Source: Eledone cirrhosa (taxonomy: Eukaryota). Taken from it: a stretch of DNA of 64,000 nucleotides. A program made the translations under genes and the position numbers. Below the pieces are notes generated by a model that did not search any database, had not been told where the DNA came from, and saw only the letters and a program-made list of their open reading frames with translations. The stretch spans positions 84,134,001 to 84,198,000 of the forward strand of contig OZ024744.1 in assembly GCA_964016885.1 (NCBI GenBank). Direction: 5' to 3'. Positions within the stretch are counted from its first letter, which is position 1. The number at the start of each line of letters is the position of its first letter. Below are positions 52,059-64,000 of the stretch, in pieces.

Positions 52059-54478
52059 ACTAAGATCAAGAATGACCCGCACCTCTTCGTCACCTCCGAC
52101 AAAACCAAAAAGCTGTACAAGATGGACGCGAGTGAGTATAAAAAATTCATCTATAAGGAACTACACAAAGACTACAAAAAGACACCCTCTAGTACCCTAA
52201 ATGACATAAATAGAGTAGGGAAGGATATAGTCACCAGCTTAGAAATAGAAAAGTACACCAACCCGTACGTCCCTCTGACGCCCAAATTCTCTCTTAAGGA
52301 TCACAAATATGACTTTAATGAAAGCCCCTCTATTAGACTTATATGCCCCTCTACATCAGATATAGGTAAGATTAGTAAAGTGATCCTTGACAGAGTACTA
52401 CTCGAGCTTAATAGAAAGGCTAAGGTCTGCCTCTGGGGCAACACCGACCAGGTCATAAATTGGTTCACCGAGTTGACGGATAAAGCCACCCTGAAATTCA
52501 TCCAGTTTGATATAGATAGCTACTACGCCTCTATCTCCCCCATACTCTTAAATAAGGCACTTATCTTAGCTAGATCTAACACTAGCCTCACCAAAAAAGA
52601 AATAGACATAATTCTAGCGGCACGTAGAACCATTATCCAGTTCGAAGGCTCCCACTGGACCAGAACCAACCGTCCTGATAACTTCGATGTCACGATGGGG
52701 TCCAGCGTCTCAGCGCAAGCAACTGACCTGGTTGGGATATACCTCCTACATAAGCTTAGGGAAGAAATACCGGCCCTACAAGGAGGTGTATATAGGGACG
52801 ACGCCTTGTTTACCGTTAGGAACCATAGCCCCCGTAGGTTAGAGAACCTTAACAAACATATACACAGGTTCTTTAAGTCATACGGCCTATCCGTAACTAT
52901 GGACCTCAACCACAGGGTTGTCAACTTCCTGGACGTGACCCTTGAGTTGAGTACGGGCTTATACAAGCCATACCATAAGCCTGGAGAGTGCCTCTCTTAT
53001 ATTAATTATGCCTCCAACCACCCTAAGCAGACTCTCAACTCCATAGTCTATAGTATCTCACATAGAATCTCGAGACTATCCGCCAATGAGGATATCTTCA
53101 ACCAAGCGGCTGATTACTACAATAGGGCCCTGATAAGCGCCGGCTTTAACCGAAGAATTTCCTACATCCCTAACGCTAGCTCTAGAAACCACCCCCCTCA
53201 TAAAACTAACGTTATAGTAAGCCATACCTATAACCGATCACGCGGCGACCTCGTTAAAGTCGGATATAATAGAATAGATAACCGCACCAAAGATCACGTC
53301 CCCGGCGACGGTGAATACTGTAGATTACTCAAACTATTCCCCTATTACAAAACCAACAAAGGCGACGGCCTACTACCAACGCCTTCCAACCAACATCTTC
53401 GTGTACATAAACATGGAAGTGGTAGAAAGAGTGCACCCGAGCATAAAGTGAAAGGGGCACCGAACGGGCGACAGCGCATTAACACACATAAGAGCGATCA
53501 CTTAGATGGAACCACCCGTAGCAAAAGCACAAGGACACGTAATCGCCACCGTAACGTCCTATGGTTCCACCCCCCACCCCCTACTCTCGAAGTGTGGCCT
53601 CCAACATACCCCGGATATTCTTCGAAGCCTTAGAGAAGAACTTCCCGCCCAACCATAGGTATAGAAAAATTCTTAATAGGAATAATATAAAAATATCCTT
53701 CTCTACTACTCCTAACCTAGCAGACATCATAGGAACAACGAACCACAGTAAGATCACCAAGACACAGCACCTCGACGCAGACGCACCTACACCTGACAAT
53801 AACTGTATCGGCCTTAACAACTCCCTGACAGCATCCAATAGTGTTGGCAACGGCATCCGCAGACGCAACCAGAATGACCGCGAAGTGACTGGGGAGCATG
53901 CAAAACATGGCGTGCAGAATAACAATCGCACCATCCCGCGTGCTGTGGGTTGTAATTGTGCTAACGACAGCTGTGGTAGCGCAGCTAACAACGTAGGCAG
54001 CAACAATGATAGCCTTATCGTGGGAAATAGACGGAACAGCGACAGAAATTGCAACTGCCGCGACAGAGGACGATGCCCCCTTAGAGGATACTGCCTGACC
54101 GATAGGGTTATATATAGATGCACTATTACTAGCCACAATAGCGTTAAACATTATATAGGGGCCACCTCCGGCCCGTTCAAAATTAGGTTTCGAACACATC
54201 TCCACTCTTTCACAAATAGAAAACTAAGGCACTCCACCTCGCTCGCGGACTACATCACATCACTAAAGGACTTAAACATTAGCTTCTCCACGCACTGGGA
54301 GATTGTCGACAGGGCTGCACCGTACAACTTCAAGAGGAAATGCGATCTTTGCCTCATGGAGCTCTACCACATCATAACTGCACCCCACGAGCTCATCAAC
54401 AGCAGAGCTGAAACAGCGATAAGTTGTACACATCGCTTAAAAATATCCTTCTTTAGATGGGTTAAGAATGGAGAGTGA
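52059..54478 (+). pseudogene. PLE RT-GIY-YIG polyprotein with a single frameshift at ~53570
   Basis: SDKT, KDHK..PSIRLICP, QFDIDSYY, VTMGS, YRDD, NFLDVTL (RT); linker CNCRDRGRC (CxCx5C); VIY..HYIG..FKIRFRTH..CDLC..E..CTH (endonuclease). Confidence 0.9.
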
Positions 54479-54962
54479 AATAACACACTGGATCTCCCTG
54501 CAACAAGTCTTAACACCCCGGCGGGCGGGCGCAGCAAAATAACACCCAGAAAACGATCCCTGCATACCAAAAATTATCCGGGAAAGACTGTCCTAACACC
54601 GGCCAAAGTTACCTCCCTTGACCTGCTGCAAAATCAAAACAAGATATTTTTGCGAACAATGAATCTTGATGTCGATTTAACCCCCAAATCTCTTTCCAAA
54701 CTATATAAGGAACACTTGTGACTGTTTATGCCTTGAGAATTTAGGTGATATTTTCAATAAACATGTTTTAACGGTCTATTCTCCGATTTTTCACTTTCCC
54801 ACGTGCTTACGCTCTGCTAACTCTCTAGCCCACTAAATATTAACACTTCGAATATTTAATACTGCCGGCACTAGTATCGAGCACCTTTGGCATACGCTAC
54901 TTGGCAAATAACTATATGTATCACCTATCCCTCCTTTTCTTCTCTCTTTCTCGATACGTAAA

Positions 54963-54965
<3 letters not shown>
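52059..54965 (+). mobile_element. Penelope-like retroelement (Hydra-clade-like), 5'-truncated, inserted in (TA)n
   Basis: RT with a C-terminal GIY-YIG endonuclease, a ~490-bp 3' UTR, and (TA)n on both sides. Confidence 0.9.
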
Positions 54966-55029
<64 letters not shown>

Positions 55030-55032
<3 letters not shown>

Positions 55033-55436
55033 AAAAGATAACAAGGACGATTGGTTACTCCTTCATTACATTTATTGGTTGGTGACGCGCGTCTCGCCAC
55101 TGATCAGCTCAAGGTTCGTTATGTATCGGGCTTACCCGACTCTGTAATCTGCAGCTCGACGGATCCCTTGAAATGCTAGCAGATAATTTTCTACTACCAT
55201 TTCAAGGGGTCCGCCGAGCTGCCGATTACAGAGTCGGGTAAGATCGATACAGATCGAACTTTGAGCTGATCAGTGGCGAAACGCGCGTCACCAACCAATA
55301 AATGTAATGAAGGACTAACCAATCGTCCTTGTTATCTTTTCAATATAATACACTCGGTATAGCTCGACTCAGAAGTCAACCTAAACATCGAGTGCCCACC
55401 CGGGTGAGCCTACAGTAACTCCAAGTTACACTCCCT

Positions 55437-55440
<4 letters not shown>
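55030..55440 (+). mobile_element. Penelope-like 3' fragment with ~150-bp inverted arm and hammerhead-like core
   Basis: Fold-back at 55030..55345 and CTGATCA-GTGGC-GAAA-CGCGCG-TC at 55266..55289. Flanked by (TA)n. Confidence 0.6.
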
Positions 55441-55534
<94 letters not shown>

Positions 55535-55898
55535 CGAACGATATATCCAGAGAAGACACAGTATATTGTATATATACTAATACATATTACAGAGAACATA
55601 TACTCAAGATGGAATCAAATGAGACTTCTCTGTAAGATATATCAAAGCTTCAAAACTAGAGACAATCTGCACTAAATGTAAGATTATATAATTCATAGAA
55701 TGTCTTATTAAAATTATTAAAAATTTTAAACAAAATACCTGATAATGATCAATATATTTTCCTCATATGTATTCTCCATAAAATCAGAATACATAATTAA
55801 GGCTCGATGTATTCTCTGAATTCTATTTTGAGCTGTTTTAGAGACAAGAAATATGTTTGATTTTGTATCATTCATCACATCCTTTACTTTGAATGTGG

Positions 55899-56390
55899 TC
55901 TATATATCTAAAACAGAGAATGTCTGTCTGTCTGTCTGTCTGACCCCCTAAAACTCGAGAACCACCCAACCGATTTTTTTCAAACTTTACACATGAAAAA
56001 CTTATGGACGTGTGAGTGTTTTGAGCAAAAATGTTTCAAATTTCCAACGCCCTATGGATGGCATTAGGCGCCGAACGTCGCGCCCTTATAATATCTGTCT
56101 CTATGTTTAGCTGTCTGCATTATGACATTATGACACTATCTGTGTGTGTGTGTATATATATGTATATATATATATAGTGTATATATATATATATATAGTG
56201 CGTGTGTAACGTTTTTCGAAATATTTATTTCTGCGTTCAGAGATTGATTTTTTTAGTTTCAGAAGATCCCGTTATGGGTGTAAGCACCGATTCTTTGCTT
56301 AAACTTAATCTGTTATTATCATATATATATAATATAATTATATATTCGTGTACAGATATTTTTGAATGCACAAAAGCAAAATATAACCAG
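55899..56390 (+). mobile_element. Helitron, longer relative of 27336..27600 (3' end not identified)
   Basis: Same TCTATATATCTAAAACAGAGAATGTCTGTCTG start. Internal blocks are shared with the Helitron at 14942..16344. Confidence 0.7.
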
Positions 56391-57937
56391 CACCAAAATC
56401 AACAACAAAAAAGTGAGGGAACGCAATTACATGCTTTTGAAAAATCGTAATTGAAAATTATTTGCCTATTCACCCAAGACGACTTCACTTTTTATTAGGA
56501 CTTCTGCATCAATTGGTGAACATGCGACGAAAGATTGAAAGGAGTAAGACAACACCCTCTCCATGTAGTTTTTACGTACATATTTAGAGAAGAAAGTTCA
56601 GGTTTCTGTCCGAGGCTCTCCTTCGTTCTCTGCTAGTTTACCAGTCTGCTAGTTTTGGTTTATAAATTGTTATAATTTAATACTTTCAACGAATATACTT
56701 AACTTTATTACGACTTTATAATTTTAAAATGTTTACTTAGATAAAGTTATATGAACAGAATTTAATTAAATAGGTCGTGTTCACATGATTTTGCCCGAGT
56801 GAAGGTAATGTGAAGCCAAAAAGGTTCTTACCAACTTGAAAAAGATTTAAAAACGGCTGTTTTGAACCGGCATATTATTACTAATCTTCCGTCGCTTTCA
56901 TTTAGACATTTTCAGACTTGTTAACTCTCCCCCTCCAACGGGGAGATCTCCCATCCACCCTAAAGTGGGTGGGAGATGTCTTCTCTTGTGAAAATGGATA
57001 TAGCTTTCATTATGTAAAATCTCACCATTTTGCCTTTTTTTCTCCCTATTTTGGGGCACTTGTTTTCATAGTACTCTGCGTTTGGATTTTCAGAGGTTGC
57101 AGGTCTGCATTTAACTATGTACTTGGAACTCTTTGCTGAATTTTCCCCCAATGTAAAATGACTACGATAAAAATATTGTTGACAAATAGAAACTGATAGA
57201 CAGATGACAAAATCAATATACATTTACCCATAATGAAGTAAGGTACGATGATAGAATTTTTTTTAAATCATCTGGGCTATACTAGCCTACACCTCGACTG
57301 AAAACTAAAGTAGGCACACACACGTTTCAAATAAGATGGTATGGACAGATTGATTGTATATGTACAACATAGCAAATTTACATTTTCAAGTTGAAAAACA
57401 GAAAAGTGTATTTAGAGGTTATAATTAAGCATTTGTTTCTAATAAAAATGAATATATTTTTACTTTTAAATATACGAGTGTAAGTTCTGTGTAAATGCAT
57501 TGCTGGTTCTACTATAGAAAAGCCATTCAAATGATTTTAATATCGTAACGCATTGAAAAGAAAGAAATCCTGTGCCTTTTCTATTAGTATCCACCTCACT
57601 AGATAATTAGAGCTATAACGCCGTATTACTGCTTGTTAAATGTAAATATACTTTCGGTGGCATAACTACGTTGCTTCCTCACAACTTTCTTAACAACGTA
57701 GATTTTTCAGAGATATATTTTCAAAGATGTACGTGATGATTATCTCGATAAAAATATTTTTGTACACAACAATTCTTAGTTATTGAAATGACATTGCTTT
57801 GCTATAGAAAATCTATGATATTATCCTGATTAATATTATTCATTATCAACAACAATTTGGAAAGCATGATGAAAACATTTCCAAATTTACGTTCAGCCTA
57901 ATTACAAATATAGATTTAGTGTACACTGCGATGAAAG

Positions 57938-58230
57938 TACGAAGGCAATCCCAAAAGTAAGGTCTCCAAAGCGATGGGGGACGCAGAGAAACAGTTCGTA
58001 CGGCTGTTAGCAACACTGTTGTGATTTGTGCTTCCTTCACTCCCAAACAAGTATGCGCGCGCTTCGCTGGGATGCTGAATTTTGGCTTGGCAGCCGTTGA
58101 GAATGGAGCTCCCGTTGAACGCTACCGCCAAGTGTGAATTTCGCTCAGTTATTCAGTTTTTGAACGCAAAACGCAAAAGGCGTTGAACCGATTGAAATTC
58201 ATCGCCAATTGACAGAAGTGTATGGACAAA
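57938..58230 (+). mobile_element. Mariner transposon 5' fragment
   Basis: TA-CGAAGGCAATCCCAAAAGTAAG TIR-like start and MELPLNATAKCE..RSVIQFLNAK..VEPIEIHRQLTEVYG HTH N-terminus, frameshifted. Confidence 0.75.
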
Positions 58231-58339
58231 TTTATTAAAAAAAAAACATTCATCAACTTAATCTTCATCTACACATTCAATACCGTATTTAAAAAAAGAT
58301 ATGCATTATTGAGAAAGTTAAAGGCGTTATAGTATATAT

Positions 58340-58520
58340 GGCTTAGCAGTATTTGTTATGGTTCTTTACGTTCTGAGTTAAAATCCCGCCGTAGTTAACT
58401 TTCCCTTTCAACTTTCTGAGGTTGATAAAATAAGTACCATCAAATACTGGAGTCGATTTAATCAACTTTCGCTTCCCCTCCTTCCAAATTACTACCTTTG
58501 TGCCTTAAGTAGATATCATT
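58340..58520 (+). mobile_element. Old, long-form SINE S1
   Basis: Diverged match that retains the GTCGATTTAATCAACT..CCCCTC segment. Confidence 0.75.
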
Positions 58521-58832
58521 AATAAAAAGGGTTATGCGGAAAACAAATGTAAGTCGTGGTTGCGTAAATTGTAAGTCATGAAAAATGTCTAAATCAATTG
58601 CAAAGATTGTCTTCAATTTCAATTAAATACAAGACAGGAGTTGTCAATTCCCCCAAACACCTGGGTGGCTGCTTTGTTTTAAAATAAAGTAATCAAGTCA
58701 GGCGTACAAGATTTCTTCAGTTGAGTGCGATATTTTCAATTGTAAGTTTATTAAATTTTGTTAAAAATATTATGCTAAGCTCGAGTAATATAAATGAACT
58801 CATATATCTATGTGTGTGTGTGAGTATATATC

Positions 58833-58878
<46 letters not shown>

Positions 58879-58996
58879 ATTTTCTGAGTGTGTGTGCGTG
58901 ATTTTCTGCGTATATGTGTATGAGTATGTGTATGTGTGTGCGCGTGCGTATGTGTGTGTGTGGACGTATATAAAAAAATCTAGAAGCACTTAACCT

Positions 58997-59290
58997 AGTC
59001 AAAGTCTAATGTCTGTCTTAAGCCAGAAGTCTCGTTAGGCCAATGCTTATCCTGGTTTCATGGCGTCAGGCGACTGAGAGTACAAGACTCCCCACTGGAC
59101 ATGATGCCAGTCCATCACAGGGTTAAATCTCCAGTTATTGTTGGTACTCATTTTCAGATGAGTATACTTGAGCATCGTGAAATGATGTGTTTTGCTCAAG
59201 AACACAAGACGCAACCCATCCCAGGAATCGAACCCATGACATTACGATCATAAGTCCAACACCCTTACCACTAGGCCACGCCCCTCTACA
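58997..59290 (-). mobile_element. SINE S2 (V-domain-like), full length
   Basis: Reverse-complement homolog of 21455..21725, with A box TGGCCTAGTGG and B box GGTTCGATTCC. Confidence 0.8.
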
Positions 59291-59640
59291 TTTGACCCTA
59301 GGCAGTACAATTTTAGTTCAGCTAGGTGAGAGATTTGATTACTGACAATGTAGAACGACACTTTATGTGATATATTTCAGACTAATTTTTGCGTTTGTTT
59401 ATTTTACATAAAAATAAAATCATAGTCCCAACTATGTAGTTCAGTTTATGACTTTAGATCTATTTGAAATAACGAAATGGGAAAATTGGTCTCAGATATA
59501 ACACATAAAAATGTATGAAACATTGAACACAATTTATCACACATAGTATCTCGATATTGCGGTGATTACTACCCAACTAGCTTATAACTGTTGCTTGTGA
59601 GGAAAAACTTAACCTCCTATCAGTAACAACAATAGATCTA

Positions 59641-59965
59641 AAGGCAAGCGAGGCACTGCTCCCTGGAGCAGATACAAACTATGCAGTGTGGAAATGCCTA
59701 AACAGACTAAGATCTGGTGTTGGACATGCAAAAGTACTCTTGCAAAATTGGGATATTTAAAGGATGGGGACGTTATGTGTGACTACAGCATCGAACCACA
59801 GACTATGAAGCACCTCCTGATATGCCCTCTGCTGGAACACCCCTGCACAGCATTGGACTTGGCAGAGTTTAATGAGAAAGGACAGCAATGTGTTCAGCTG
59901 TGGCGGAACCACATCTAGCCAAGCTTTATAACTGACACTCTTGTGGTCTTGACAAGAAAGAAGAC
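59641..59965 (+). mobile_element. I-group (Vingi/Ingi-like) LINE 3' fragment
   Basis: VWKCLNRLRSGVG..LAKLGY..CDY..QTMKHLLICP, followed by a short UTR ending AAGAAAGAAGA. Confidence 0.7.
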
Positions 59966-61214
59966 TCCAATAGCCACTGTTGAACTGAAGACATACACGT
60001 TTAACCACTCAACAGATAGCAATTTTCGATAATGTACATACATAAACACACGATGCAATTAGAGCAATATCTGTATATACATTATATGTCTTTGTAGAAT
60101 ATATACACCTAGAAATGTGCGTGCTTAGACCCTACTAGCCATAATAACCTTTATTACTTATAAATTGCAAACATTTTGCATAATATGCATAAGATGTGTG
60201 TTGTAGGGAATAAAAACGAAAGCAAAATATGAAACTACTGTGTAATTGATTTTGAGTTTAAATGGACACGCAGTCAAATATAGAAAAAAAATCATATACA
60301 CAACATAAGCATATATATCAACCTTTTCTAGGACCAAACATGCTAGAGACGAGCCTCAAAATGATCGTCTAAAAATCGTCAACTCAGTCTAAATCGTGGG
60401 AAGAATTAACAATAAATTCCTCAACCATATTTAATTGCTTAGGGGAAAACATTCTGATTTTTGTTTACGAATGTAATAATATATGTATGTAATATGTTTT
60501 TCTATATATAAAAGCATCTATACAAAGATTTAATTAGGCAGTAATGAGCCGATGATGTTAAATAAACCAAAATATCCTTTGACTACAAAGCAAAATCAAA
60601 CGAATCTGTAGCCAAGCACGGAAATTTACTTGAGAAATTTATTCTTTGAATTATCCTCCATTTTCTTTTAAGGTCGTTAACAATTGCTATCCTAAGATTC
60701 TGTTATCTGTCTCTAACTTGAAGAGAATTTTCAATAAATTACGAATATATTGCTTTCAGAATTCTGTATATTACTTTTAAACTTATATATGCAAATCTAT
60801 GCCATTGAAAACTTTGAGTTATATTTCTCTTGGATTCTTTTTTATTTTTTATTATGCAAATTATCCGTGGCACACTTTATATGTAAATATCTGCTATTTG
60901 ATCCACTGTCTCAGTTTACGTATGCTATTTCGAGGAGGTCAAAGAGACTGAATCATATGCCAATACAAGGATGAGACTGTCCTTTGCCTTAAGCATGTGA
61001 CGTTACTTTAGAAATATATTCTTAACATCTTCAAATTCTCCCTTACACTTTAAAACGCGCTAACAATTAGAGCTAGATTTTTGTTACCTGTCTTCAATAC
61101 AAAGGGAAAGTTCAATGAATTAAGAATTTATTGAGCAAAGCATTCAGTGCATCACTGTAACTTAATTATCTAAATTCCTGCCATTGGCGTCTTTGAGTTA
61201 TATACCTTATTGCA

Positions 61215-63045
<1,831 letters not shown>

Positions 63046-63309
63046 TAAAGGTGGTGTATAACACATAGCGTGTGTAATCTTTCAAACCAAAGTGATGAGC
63101 TGTGATTCACAGTAGAAGAGATTACTGATCTTGGTGCTGGTTTAATTACCTTCTAAAGCAACCTTTCCTCTGCTCGATCCTCTCAAGTGTGAACAAATCT
63201 GGCTTTAGATTCTCAACTTAATTGTTCCACCATTATCTTTCTATTTCTATTTTCTATTTTATCTCTGTATTTCTTTATTTATTTATACCGCTCATTATTA
63301 TAATTGAAT

Positions 63310-63855
63310 TGGCAGTATCGGTAGAGGGTCGAACGCCATGCTTTCCAGCATAGAGTTAGGTGCCTTTATGATCTGAGTTTAAATCCCACCGAGGTTAACT
63401 TTGCCTTTCATCCTTACGAGGTCGATAAATAAAGCCCCAGTCACGCACTGGGGTCAAGTTAATCGACTTTCCCTTCCCTTAAATTGCTGGCCTTGTACCT
63501 ATACTAGAAATCATTATTATCATTGGCAGTATCGGTAGAGGGTCGGACGCCATGCTTTGCAGCATAGACTTTTGGCCCTTTACGTTCTGAGTTCAAACTT
63601 CGCCGAGGTTAGCTTTGCCTTTTATTCTTACTAGGTCGATAAAATAAAGTACCAGTCTCTAATCGATTTCCCCCTTTGCTCCAAAATTGCTGGCTTTCTT
63701 CCTAAATCAGAAACCAATATCATTACGTCCCTTTACGTTCTGAGTTCAAATCCCGCCAAGGTTAACTTTGCCTTTCATCCTTACGCGATAAAATAAAGTA
63801 CCGTTAATGCACTGGGGTAATTGCTGGCTTTGTGCCAAAAGTAGAAACAATTATT
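63310..63855 (+). mobile_element. Three head-to-tail SINE S1 copies
   Basis: Copies at 63310..63515, 63523..63720 and 63723..63855, joined at ATT/ATC tails. Confidence 0.9.
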
Positions 63856-63869
63856 CCCATTAATATTAC

Positions 63870-63916
<47 letters not shown>

Positions 63917-64000
63917 GTTTCTTCAGACGTGTTTCTATGGGATTGCTTGGTGCACTTCATGTTCTTGAGATGTTTGCAGCAGTGTGTGTTCATATGTTTT

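Noticed and set aside
52059-54965. Naiad-type selenoprotein PLE
   Set aside because: The endonuclease is C-terminal rather than N-terminal, and the ORFs have no in-frame UGA.

Overview
This is a eukaryotic, AT-rich, repeat-saturated window with no supportable host protein-coding gene. The SINE families resemble those of octopod cephalopods (inference). Almost all non-microsatellite sequence is transposon-derived. It contains four decayed Tx1-type (L1 group) LINEs from three families, each bounded by (ATT)n at both ends, and three R4/Dong-like RLE retrotransposon pieces. There are about 16 copies or fragments of one tRNA-headed SINE, plus V-domain-like SINEs. A near-complete Penelope-like element (RT + GIY-YIG, Hydra-clade-like) is accompanied by many (TA)n-flanked, often inverted, Penelope 3' fragments, some with minimal type I hammerhead ribozymes. 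Non-autonomous Helitrons and RTE, Vingi-like, mariner and other transposase remnants complete the set. The most notable signal is an (ATT)n-centred retroposon system: the SINE 3' terminus is colinear with the Tx1 3' terminus, and all four readable SINE target-site duplications start with ATTATT. This suggests a Tx1-mobilised, ATT-targeted SINE whose tails seed landing pads for further insertions.
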